Assembly: GCA_027593235.1 (NCBI GenBank) | Contig: JAQCIU010000052.1 | Location: forward strand, 1 to 16,612 | Source of the DNA: Chloroflexota bacterium | Lineage (GTDB): Bacteria > Chloroflexota > Dehalococcoidia > UBA2979 | Length of the DNA stretch: 16,612 nt | Direction of reading: 5' to 3' | Part shown: piece after piece, positions 6,250 through 15,075 of the stretch | Layout of the letters: the number at the start of each line of letters is the position of its first letter | Position numbering within the stretch: position 1 is the first letter of the stretch | The notes under the pieces: generated by a model | Databases searched by the model: none | The model's input: only the letters and a program-made list of their open reading frames with translations | Told to the model about the DNA's origin: nothing | Translations under genes and position numbers: made by a program

Positions 6250-8619
6250 CTACGCAGGGGGGCGATCCACAACCACCTTCATCCCTTCGAGCGCCTCGAT
6301 CTCGGCCAGTGAATAACCGAGGACCCCTCCCAGCACTTCGCGGTTGTGCTCGCCCAGGCCCGGCGCGCGACGCCAGCCCTCGTAGCAGCGCTCGCCGTTG
6401 AAGCGGACCGGGGAGCCGTCGTAGCGCTGGAATCCAGCGTCCAACTCCTCGGTACTAAAGTAGTAGCCGCGGGCCTCGAGGTGCGCGTCGTGGAGCCACT
6501 CCGACGACTGGTAGACCGGGCTAGCCGGAACCCCTCGCGCCTGCAGCAGCCACGTCAGTCGCACGTGCTCCCAACCCTGTGTCCATGCATCGATCGCCGC
6601 ATCCAGCGCATCCCGGTGCTCGCGCCTCGTCTTCGCTGTGGCGAATCGGGGATCGGTGTCCCAGCCCTGGTCGGCGAAGGCGCAGAGAGCGGCCCACTGT
6701 TCGTCGCACGTGACCGCGATCGTGATCCAGTCGTCGGCGCCCTGGCAGCGGTAGACCCCGTGCGGCGCATATTGCGGGTGGGCGTTTCCGTAGCGCGCCG
6801 GCTCCGTGCCGCTCCGCTGAGCCTCGATGAACTGCTCGCCGAAGAGGGTGACCCCCGCTTCCTCCTGGGAGAGCTCGATGAACGAGCCTTCGCCGGTTTC
6901 GGCGCGCCGGCGGAGCGCGGTCATGACGGCAGCAGCCGCGGTCGTCCCCGAGATGGCGTCGGTCAATGCCTGGCCGGTCACGCGCGGCTCGTCCGGGCCG
7001 TAGCCCATCAGCGCCGTCCAGCCGGTCACCGGTTCGATACTCGGGCCGAGCCCGATGTAATGCTCGTAGGGGCCAGTGCGCCCAAAGGCGGGCATCGCCA
7101 CGTAGATGATGCGCTCGTTGACCTCGCGTAGCCGCTCGTAGCCGAGGTCGAGGCTCGGCATCGCGCGAGTGCTGAAGTTCTCGATCACGACGTCGCTCGC
7201 GGCGACGAGCCGAAGGAACGCGTCACGACCTTCGGGGGACTTGAGATCGACCGCGAGGCTCTGCTTGTTCCGGTTGAGCTTGTTGCTGAGGGACGCACGG
7301 TTCCACGGTCGTTCGCCGAGCTGGCCATCCGGCAACCCGATGAGCGTCGCATCCGGTGGGACCGCCGGGCCGCGCCCACCGGGCGCCTCCACCTTGATCA
7401 CCTCAGCACCGAGGTCAGCGAGGATGCGCGTCGATAGCGGCCCCGACCAGATCCGCGTCATGTCGGCGACACGGATTCCGGCCAGCGGTGCCTGCGGTGG
7501 CGCCGAGGCCGCGATCAAACCCGGCGCGGCGATCCTCGAAGGCGGCGCTGGTACCCCCCGGGGATCGGTCGACCCTGGTGCGGCGACGGGCTGCTCTTCG
7601 GGCATCGCCTCACCGACGAAGCGGAACGGCGACCCGGGGGAACGTGGCCCCTCGGGATCGCCCGCCACCGGTCGCCAGAAGTCACGGAACTCCAGGTGGC
7701 GGTCTGCCAGCACCTCGCTCATCGAGAGCAGCGGTCCAATGGGAACGCGCCAGGTCTCCTGGCCATCGCGAAAGAGCTGTGCCCGGGTCGCGTCGCGGAA
7801 GGCCTCCTCGACGATCGTCAGCACCTCGTTCGTGCGCTCCATCCGGGCCGGGTTGGTCGCGAAGTCAGGGTCGTCGACCAGATCGGGCCGCCCGAGCATC
7901 AGGGCGAAGGGTTCCCAGAACGCCTGCAGGATGTTGACGCCGAACCAGCCATCGCTACAGCGGTAGAGCGCCGTGGGGCAGAGGTTCTCCCACTGGTTGC
8001 CGTGCCGTGACCGGACGATCCGTTGCTGCGTCCACATGGTGTCCGTGAACTGGTGCAGCGTGCAGAGGACCTCGTGGATCGCGATCTCGAGATTGAGCGC
8101 GTCGCCACCATCGAGATTGCGCAGGTAGCCCGCCAACCCTGCGGTGTAGGCATAGGTGCCGGCCTGGTAGTAGGGATAGTTGCCCGGAATCGTGAGAGGA
8201 GCGCGGCCCGGGTCACCGCTGAGCCAGGTGTTCCCACCAAACGCCAGCAACGTCGCAGCCGTCGCCGCGTAGTCGCGGTACGGCCCCACGAGCCCGAACG
8301 GAGTGATGCTCAGCCGCGTGCCCTGCCAGTCTGCACCGCCGAGGTCCATCAGTGAACGATCGCGCACGACGCTTGCGGCGTGATCGATGATCAAGACGTC
8401 GGAGCTGGCGACCAGCCGATCGAGAGCATCTCGGTCGTCATCGGCCTGCACGTCGAGGGCAACACGCCGCTTTCCGCCGTTGAGATAGCGATCGAGGGAC
8501 GCATCGGGAGCCTCGCGGCCGGCATGCTCAACCTTCACCACCTCGGCGCCCCAACGCGCAAACAACTTGCCCGCGAAGGCCGCTGCTTCCTCTCGATCGC
8601 TGAGTTCTATCACGCGCAT
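6250..8619 (-). CDS. Family III (CaiB/BaiF) CoA-transferase, tandem two-domain fusion
   Basis: Domain 1: RVIELS...AFAGKLFARWGAEVVKVE. Domain 2: PLAGIRVADMTRIWSGP...LGAEVIKVE, NRNKQS, ALTDAISG with the catalytic Asp. The start could be 8619 or 8631. Confidence 0.92.
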   Translation of the reverse strand: MRVIELSDREEAAAFAGKLFARWGAEVVKVEHAGREAPDASLDRYLNGGKRRVALDVQADDDRDALDRLVASSDVLIIDHAASVVRDRSLMDLGGADWQGTRLSITPFGLVGPYRDYAATAATLLAFGGNTWLSGDPGRAPLTIPGNYPYYQAGTYAYTAGLAGYLRNLDGGDALNLEIAIHEVLCTLHQFTDTMWTQQRIVRSRHGNQWENLCPTALYRCSDGWFGVNILQAFWEPFALMLGRPDLVDDPDFATNPARMERTNEVLTIVEEAFRDATRAQLFRDGQETWRVPIGPLLSMSEVLADRHLEFRDFWRPVAGDPEGPRSPGSPFRFVGEAMPEEQPVAAPGSTDPRGVPAPPSRIAAPGLIAASAPPQAPLAGIRVADMTRIWSGPLSTRILADLGAEVIKVEAPGGRGPAVPPDATLIGLPDGQLGERPWNRASLSNKLNRNKQSLAVDLKSPEGRDAFLRLVAASDVVIENFSTRAMPSLDLGYERLREVNERIIYVAMPAFGRTGPYEHYIGLGPSIEPVTGWTALMGYGPDEPRVTGQALTDAISGTTAAAAVMTALRRRAETGEGSFIELSQEEAGVTLFGEQFIEAQRSGTEPARYGNAHPQYAPHGVYRCQGADDWITIAVTCDEQWAALCAFADQGWDTDPRFATAKTRREHRDALDAAIDAWTQGWEHVRLTWLLQARGVPASPVYQSSEWLHDAHLEARGYYFSTEELDAGFQRYDGSPVRFNGERCYEGWRRAPGLGEHNREVLGGVLGYSLAEIEALEGMKVVVDRPPA

Positions 8620-8757
8620 AATCAGGCACATCCTATACGGATGCCGCGCCCGGCGGAGTTTGCGGGTCAGTTCGTGAGCACCGAGCGAGGCAGCTTGTCC
8701 GCTTCACTCCCCATCGGAGCAGCGATGTGCGGCGGTTATCCAACAGGGGAGGAGCCA

Positions 8758-8973
8758 GTGAAGCGGGAATACCGAGAGCTCGTCGTGGATAACGACGGGG
8801 ACCGATTCGACACGTTCTCGATTGACACTCTCAACGAGCTTGGCGAGGAAGAGTGGGAACTCTTCCACGTGAACAAGCTGCAGGACGTATCGGCCTCCAA
8901 TGAGGCTGTCGGAGGCACGCTCATCCGAACGAAACGGGTGGTGCTGTGGTTCAAGCGTCCCAGAGCCGCATAG
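8758..8973 (+). CDS. Small DUF4177-like protein (71 aa)
   Basis: GGGGAGGAG SD then GTG at 8758. MKREYR...LNELGEEEWELF...FKRP fits the EY..LN.LG..GWEL..FKRP pattern as I recall it. Confidence 0.75.
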   Translation: MKREYRELVVDNDGDRFDTFSIDTLNELGEEEWELFHVNKLQDVSASNEAVGGTLIRTKRVVLWFKRPRAA

Positions 8974-8981
8974 AGCGAACG

Positions 8982-9030
8982 GCCCCGAACCTGCGGCCCG
9001 TCCGTCCGGGGTGGGGCGGGTTCGGAGGGC
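8982..9030 (+). terminator. GC-rich stem-loop after the DUF4177-like gene
   Basis: CCGAACCTGC (8985-8994) pairs with GCGGGTTCGG (9016-9025), with an inner CCCG/CGGG stem. There is no U-tract. Confidence 0.45.
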
Positions 9031-9125
9031 ATCAGCCAGTGCGCGCTAACGGACCGTCGAACACGCACTCAACGGCGTAGTCTCAGGTTGATAACCAGCC
9101 GTCGAACACCCAGAGGTGACTCACC

Positions 9126-10727
9126 ATGCCCGTCGATCCGAAGCGTGAGAGCTGGAAACCGGGAATGTCCTTCGACTACGCGGTCGAGGAGATCGAGTAC
9201 ATCAAGGGCCTCGCAAAGGAGATGGGCGGACCGGAGCGCGTGAAGCGCCAGCACGATGGCGGCCGCTATACGATTCGCGAGCGGGTCGAGAAGTTCGTCG
9301 ACCCGGGGTCGTTCATTGAGGCGGGGCCGCTGGTCGGCGCGGCCGAGTATGATGCGAACGGGAACATGATCGGCTTCACACCCGGCGCCTACGTGATGGG
9401 GCTGGCCGAGGTGAACGGGCGGCCGGTCGCGATCGGCGGGGACGACTTCACGATCTCCGGCGGCAGCCCGCACAACGTGCACAAGGGTGCTTCGCAGTTC
9501 ACCCAGCCGCTGTCGTTGCAGTACGGGATCCCCTACGTGCAGCTCATCGAGGGCGTCGGGCACTCCTCGAAGTCTGATGAGGCTCAGGGCCACATGGGTC
9601 TGCCGAGCGGCGCGCAGTGGCATCGATCGGCGCAACTCCTGGCACGAGTGCCGGTGGCAGCGGGAATCATGGGCTCGGTAGCCGGGGCGCCCGCCGCGTA
9701 CGCGCTGATGTCCCATTTCACGGTGATGATCAAAGGCCAGTCACAGATCTTTCCGTCTGGGCCGCCGGTGGTGAAGCGCGCGATTGGCGAGGACCTCACC
9801 AAGGACGAGCTGGGCGGCGCGAAGATGCACGTCCACGACAGCGGCCAGGTGGACAACGAAGCAGAGAACGAGGAGGACGCCTTCGAGCAGATCAAGGCGT
9901 TCCTCTCCTATCTGCCGAACACCACCAATGAGGTGCCGCCCCGCGTTGAAACCGGCGACGACCCGAACCGGCGCGTCGAGGAACTGCTCACCATCATGCC
10001 GATCGACCGGCGGCGCGCGTACGACCCTCGGAAGCTGATCCGGCTCGTGGTCGACAACGGCGAATTCTTCGAGATGCGCCGCTACTGGGGTGGCTCGCTG
10101 ATCACCGGGTTCGCCCGCCTCGACGGCTACAGCGTCGGCATCATTGGCAACGACCCGATGGTGATCGCGGGCGCGATGGATGGCGATGCCGCGGACAAGT
10201 ACGCCCACTTCGTGGACCTCTGCGACACGTTCAACATGCCGGTCGTGATCTTCCTGGACATGCCTGGCTTCATGCTTGGCTCGTGGGCGGAGAAGAAGGC
10301 GACGATGCGGCGCGGCGTGCGCGCGCTGATCGCGAGCGCCGAGGCGAAGGTGCCGAAGGTGGAGTTCAACGTCCGCAAGTCCTACGGGGTGGCCGCCGAC
10401 GCGCCGAACAGCCTCGGTCACCCCGACGGACTGAACCTGCGCTTCGGCTGGCCGGCCGGCGAGTGGGGCGGCATCCCGATCGAGGGCGGGGTGGCCGCGG
10501 CGTACCGCCGCGAGATCGAGGCCGCGCCCGACCCGGATGCGCACCGCGAGATGATCGAGCAGCGGCTGCTGAAGATGCGCTCGCCGATGAAGGCGGCGCT
10601 CCACTTCGACGTGATCGATCTGATCGATCCTCGAGACACCCGGCGGCTTGCGTGCACCTTCGTGCGGCTGGCGCAGCCGATGCTCCACGAACTGGCGAAG
10701 CGAGAGAAGCGCGCCGTCCGTCCATAG
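9126..10727 (+). CDS. Acyl-CoA carboxylase/decarboxylase carboxyltransferase subunit (PccB/12S-like), CT2
   Basis: GAGGTG SD. Motifs MGGPERVKRQH, DFTISGGS, GPPVV, ITGFARLDG, FVDLCDTFNMP, WPAGEWGGIPIEGG, IDPRDTR. Confidence 0.95.
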   Translation: MPVDPKRESWKPGMSFDYAVEEIEYIKGLAKEMGGPERVKRQHDGGRYTIRERVEKFVDPGSFIEAGPLVGAAEYDANGNMIGFTPGAYVMGLAEVNGRPVAIGGDDFTISGGSPHNVHKGASQFTQPLSLQYGIPYVQLIEGVGHSSKSDEAQGHMGLPSGAQWHRSAQLLARVPVAAGIMGSVAGAPAAYALMSHFTVMIKGQSQIFPSGPPVVKRAIGEDLTKDELGGAKMHVHDSGQVDNEAENEEDAFEQIKAFLSYLPNTTNEVPPRVETGDDPNRRVEELLTIMPIDRRRAYDPRKLIRLVVDNGEFFEMRRYWGGSLITGFARLDGYSVGIIGNDPMVIAGAMDGDAADKYAHFVDLCDTFNMPVVIFLDMPGFMLGSWAEKKATMRRGVRALIASAEAKVPKVEFNVRKSYGVAADAPNSLGHPDGLNLRFGWPAGEWGGIPIEGGVAAAYRREIEAAPDPDAHREMIEQRLLKMRSPMKAALHFDVIDLIDPRDTRRLACTFVRLAQPMLHELAKREKRAVRP

Positions 10728-10939
10728 ATCAGTCTGGGCATCGATACTCCAAGAGCGACCGCCGGAGCGTATCCGGAGCAGCGTCCTGGAGAGCCGGTGC
10801 CGGGGGGCTGCTCACCTCGTCGCGCACGCCATCCCTTGCCCCAGGGTCGTCGGGGTGCAGTGGAGTGTGCGTTGCCGTCACATGATTCAGCTCCGACGCT
10901 CCGGCGTCGGAAGGCCGCGCGTCTGACCGGGAGGTTGTC

Positions 10940-12199
10940 TTGCCGGAACCACTCGAAGGCATCAAGGTCGTCGAACTGGCGCGGGCGCTCCAGGGGCCGG
11001 TCGCCGGACAATACCTCGCCGACATGGGCGCCGAGGTAATCAAGATCGAGCCCGCCCTCGGTGACGCGAACCGCCGTGCGCGCAGCGTTGGCGACGCGCG
11101 CCCCGAGCACGATTTCGGGTCGCAGTTCGTTAGCGCCAACCGCGGCAAGCGCTCGCTCTGGCTGGACCTGCGAGCCGAACCGTCCCTGGAGATTGTCCGC
11201 CGCCTCGTCGACCGGGCGGATGTCTTCATGAGCAATTACCTGGAACCGTCGTTGATCGCGATGGGCCTGGGCTACGAGGTCCTGCGCGAACGCAACCCGA
11301 ATCTGATCTACGCGCTGGTGAATGGATATGGACCCCAGGGACCGGACGCGGCCAAGCGAATGCTCGACGGGGCCGCGGCGGCACGGGGCGGGCTCTACAA
11401 CGTGACGGGCCCCGCGGACGGCGGACCAATGATGCCGGGCTCGACGATCGCCGACACCGCGGGCGCGATGCAATTCGCGCTCGGAATCACCACGGCACTG
11501 GCGGCTCGCGCGTTGCACGGAGGGAGCCAGCGCGTCGATACCTCGGCGTTCGGGGCACAGCTCTGGCTACAGATGTGGGAGATCGACCACCAGTCCATCA
11601 CCGGTCACAAGCTGCACCGCGCGGGACCGTACCACGCGAATATCCCCGGCACGACGGGTCTCTTCGAGACGGCTGACGGCGGTGCGATCTTCTTGGCCTT
11701 CCTCGTCGACGAGGAATCGTGGGTTGGATTCTGCCGCTTCGCCGGCCTGGAGGACCTGATCCTTGACGAGCGCTTCGATACCCCGGCGAAGCGCGCCGGT
11801 CGGGCGCCGAACGATGCGATGGGCACGATCGCGAACGAGATACGCCCGTACCTGGAGCGGGCGTTCCGAGAGAAGACGACTGCGCAGTGGCGTGGCTTCT
11901 TCGAGACCGTGCCCCAGGTGGTCTGGGACGTGGTCCAGAACTACGAGCAGGTGCTCTCTGACCCACAGGCGCTGGCCAACGGCTACATCGTGGAGCAAGG
12001 GATTCCGACCGGCGGAACGCGACCGCTTGTCGGCAACGTCGTGCAGATCAACGGTCAGCGTCCCGTTTACCCGCCCCCTCCCGCGCTGGGCGCGGACAAC
12101 GAGGCGCTCCTGAGTTCGCTGGGTTACGACGCGGGTGAGATCCAGGCGATGACAGCGCGCGCGCGAGCGGCTCGAACAGAGCGGCTCGCCGGGATCTAA
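10940..12199 (+). CDS. Family III (CaiB/BaiF) CoA-transferase, single domain
   Basis: GGGAGG SD and TTG start. PLEGIKVVELA...GP...LADMGAEVIKIEP, NRGKRS, STIADTAGA with the catalytic Asp. Confidence 0.94.
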   Translation: MPEPLEGIKVVELARALQGPVAGQYLADMGAEVIKIEPALGDANRRARSVGDARPEHDFGSQFVSANRGKRSLWLDLRAEPSLEIVRRLVDRADVFMSNYLEPSLIAMGLGYEVLRERNPNLIYALVNGYGPQGPDAAKRMLDGAAAARGGLYNVTGPADGGPMMPGSTIADTAGAMQFALGITTALAARALHGGSQRVDTSAFGAQLWLQMWEIDHQSITGHKLHRAGPYHANIPGTTGLFETADGGAIFLAFLVDEESWVGFCRFAGLEDLILDERFDTPAKRAGRAPNDAMGTIANEIRPYLERAFREKTTAQWRGFFETVPQVVWDVVQNYEQVLSDPQALANGYIVEQGIPTGGTRPLVGNVVQINGQRPVYPPPPALGADNEALLSSLGYDAGEIQAMTARARAARTERLAGI

Positions 12200-12277
12200 T
12201 CGCGTCGATAATCAAGGCCCCGCGCGGGGGACGATGACGTCGACCGAGCGACGCACGCGCGGAATCGACGAGGTCGC

Positions 12278-14530
12278 CTACGAGGGCGGCTCGTCGACCA
12301 CGATCCCCGCGCTCACCAGGGCGTCGATCTCCTCGTCCGTCAGGCCACCGACCTGCGCGAGGATTTCCCGGTTCTGCTCCCCAAAGAGCGCCGCGTGCCG
12401 GAGCGGCGGCCGGTCCGGCACGCCCGAGAAGTGAATCGGCGATCGCGGCGTCACGAAACGACCGACCTCAGGCTGATCGATCTCCGCGAGGGCGTCACGA
12501 GCCGCGAGTTGCTCGTCGGCCAGCAACTCCGCGATATCGAGGACCGGCGCGGCAGCGACGCCAATCGCCTGGAGTCGCCGCGCGAGCTCGATGTGCTCGT
12601 GACCGCCGGTCCAGCTCGCCAGACTCCGATCGATCTCGTCATGCCGCGCCCACCGCGCCGATACGTCGAACCCGTGCCACTCGCCTGGCAGCGCGGCCGC
12701 TTCGCAGAGCGCACGCCATGCAGCGTCATCGAAGACCGAGACCGCGATCCAGCCATCGTCGCCGGTGGTCGGATAGACCCCTTGCGGCGCGAACACGGGG
12801 TGCCGGTTGCCCAACACCGGAGCGTCCTCCCCACGCATCTGCGCCTCGACGAGCGCGTCTCCAACAACGGCAAGCGTGGCTTCGAACTGAGCGATCTCGA
12901 TCGTAAGACCACCCTCCTCCGGCCGTCGCCAGAGGGCGATCAAGACGGCAGCGACCGCGTGAAGGCCAGCGATCGGATCCGGCCAGGCGACCCCACACTT
13001 CCACGGAACGTGTCCGGGATAGCCGATCAGGTGCGATAACCCAGCATGCGAGTCTACCGACGTGCCGTATGCCACCCAGTTCATCGCTGGTCCGGACCGA
13101 CCGTAGCCCGGCATCGTCACGTAGATCATGCCGGGATTGAGCTCATGGAGGCGGTGCTCGTCAAGGCCGAACTGTGGCATGACCCGCGGGCTGTAGTTCT
13201 CGATCACCACATCCGCATGCGGAACCAACCGCTCGAACGTCCGCCTCCCGTCGGCTTGGGTGAGGTCGAGAACCAGCGACTCCTTGTGCAGTCCGTACTT
13301 GATCTGATGACCATTACGGTTCCAGGGATGCTCTCCTGCCTCGTTGTTCGGGTACATGCCCGATGCTCGGACGCGCGAGTCAGGGATCTGCCGCGGGCCG
13401 CGGCCGCCCGGCGCCTCCACCTGGATCACCTCGGCGCCCAGCTCAGCGAGCAAGCGGGCCGCGAGCGGGCCCGCCCAGACCCGCGCCAGGTCCAGCACCC
13501 GGACGCCGCTCAGGGGCTCGGGCCCCTCGTGGTCCAGTTCGAAGCAAGCGTCCCCACCCTGAATATCTCCGAACCGAACGGGACGGCCCGGCACCGTGAA
13601 TCCATCGACCTGTCGCCAGAATTCCCTCGCCGTGAGCTGGGCGTCATCCAGAAGGCCAGTCATCGGTCGCGCCGGCGCTGTCGGGATCCGTGCAGCCTGA
13701 AACAGCTCCGCGACTTCATCCATCGGGCGCGCCTTCAGCCATGGGACCAGGTGCTCGTCCAGCAGCTCCGGGTACGACTGGAGATCCATCACGGAGGAGA
13801 TCCGCGGATCGTCGAGGAGATGCAGAAGACCGGTGACGGCGAGCACCATCTCCGCCTGAGCCTGCGTCGAGGCGGAGATCGCCACCCACCCGTCGCTGCA
13901 CTCGTACATCGCGTTGGGCTGCCCACCGCCGGTGTAGCGATTGCCCATCCGCCGAAGGATGTCGCCGCCGAACTGGTAGCGCATGTCGGTGACCTGATGC
14001 AGCGCCGAGATCACCTCGTGCATCGAAACATCGACCTCGTGAAGACGTCCGTGCCGCTCCCGATCGAAGAGCGCGCCCATTGCGCCGATGAATCCGCACA
14101 TGCCCGCCGCGTAGCTCGGATGGTGCGGCGGCGCTGAGAGCGGTTCGCGATCTGGATCGCCAACCAAGAGCATGTGGCCGGAGTGTGCGTAGAGCGTCGC
14201 ATCGGTCGCGCGCCAGCTCGCGCACGGTCCCGAGGATCCATAGGGCGAGATTCGAACCCGCACCGCGTGCCTCGAATCGGGAAGCTCGAGCGGCGTCAGG
14301 GGTCCGTACGGGGCGCTCTCGATGATCACGTCGGCCGCCGCGAGGAGCTCCAGCGGCGGCACATCGAAGTGCGCCTTGCCCTCGTGGAGATACTGGCGCT
14401 GAGCGGCAGTCAGTTGATCCTCACCAACACGCGAGACGCCCGCGCCGTTGTCGGCGAAGAGCTTCGCGCAATATGCGCCCGCGATCGCACCGCCGATCTC
14501 CACGACCGAGAGGTCAGCGAAACGCTTCAT
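12278..14530 (-). CDS. Family III (CaiB/BaiF) CoA-transferase, tandem two-domain fusion
   Basis: GAGGAGG SD 5 nt before ATG at 14530. Domain 1: LSVVEIGGAIAGAYCAKLFADNGA. Domain 2: PLSGVRVLDLARVWAGP, AWPDPIAG with the catalytic Asp. Confidence 0.93.
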   Translation of the reverse strand: MKRFADLSVVEIGGAIAGAYCAKLFADNGAGVSRVGEDQLTAAQRQYLHEGKAHFDVPPLELLAAADVIIESAPYGPLTPLELPDSRHAVRVRISPYGSSGPCASWRATDATLYAHSGHMLLVGDPDREPLSAPPHHPSYAAGMCGFIGAMGALFDRERHGRLHEVDVSMHEVISALHQVTDMRYQFGGDILRRMGNRYTGGGQPNAMYECSDGWVAISASTQAQAEMVLAVTGLLHLLDDPRISSVMDLQSYPELLDEHLVPWLKARPMDEVAELFQAARIPTAPARPMTGLLDDAQLTAREFWRQVDGFTVPGRPVRFGDIQGGDACFELDHEGPEPLSGVRVLDLARVWAGPLAARLLAELGAEVIQVEAPGGRGPRQIPDSRVRASGMYPNNEAGEHPWNRNGHQIKYGLHKESLVLDLTQADGRRTFERLVPHADVVIENYSPRVMPQFGLDEHRLHELNPGMIYVTMPGYGRSGPAMNWVAYGTSVDSHAGLSHLIGYPGHVPWKCGVAWPDPIAGLHAVAAVLIALWRRPEEGGLTIEIAQFEATLAVVGDALVEAQMRGEDAPVLGNRHPVFAPQGVYPTTGDDGWIAVSVFDDAAWRALCEAAALPGEWHGFDVSARWARHDEIDRSLASWTGGHEHIELARRLQAIGVAAAPVLDIAELLADEQLAARDALAEIDQPEVGRFVTPRSPIHFSGVPDRPPLRHAALFGEQNREILAQVGGLTDEEIDALVSAGIVVDEPPS

Positions 14531-14860
14531 GGGAGCCTCCTCAGTCGTCGACCGAACCGCCGGGATGAGCTGTGTCACCCGGGCGGCCAAAGAGATACGT
14601 GGACACCACGTCGTCGTAGAGCCGGGTCGCGATCCGCACCCCCGGCAGCATGCCGGTTTCGCACCCGTATCGGTCGTGGCCGCGGCGATGTGATGCCCTG
14701 CGTGCGAGGTTGATCAGCCGATGGGACACCGGGAACGACCCTGCCCTCTCGTCAGCCACAGAATCCCAGCTCCACGCCCGATGCCCCGCCCGCCGCAGAT
14801 CGCGGACGACGCTTGCGGCCCATTCATTCGCCCTCGAAGGCAGCGACCTCGTCCATCGGA

Positions 14861-14911
14861 CCTCGGGGCGGGGCGAGGGACGATACTGGATCCGCCCCCC
14901 GCCCCTAGAGG
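14861..14911. repeat. GC-rich imperfect inverted repeat
   Basis: CCTC-GGGGCGGGG (14861-14873) pairs with CCCCGCCCC-ta-GAGG (14897-14911). It lies downstream of the Crp gene and could be a terminator hairpin. Confidence 0.4.
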
Positions 14912-15075
14912 AAGGAGTCTCCGATTCTAATGAGGGACCAGCGGCCGTCCGCCTCCTGGCAGGCGCTTTCCGGTCACCCAGCTCTCGCCGAAGCTACGCC
15001 AGCGGCGCCGGCCGGTGACCGCAGGTACTCGACGGCGCATGGACATCGTGCAATCCGACAGAATGCCCGGTCGCG

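Noticed and set aside
8380-8757. N-terminal part of the 197-aa ORF
   Set aside because: It is antisense to the CoA-transferase 5' end; only the part from 8758 looks coding.
10866-10911. TGTGC-N7-TCACA Crp-like site and the 8-bp hairpin TCCGACGC/GCGTCGGA
   Set aside because: The spacer length is wrong for Crp, and the short GC hairpin has no U-tract, so no function can be assigned.
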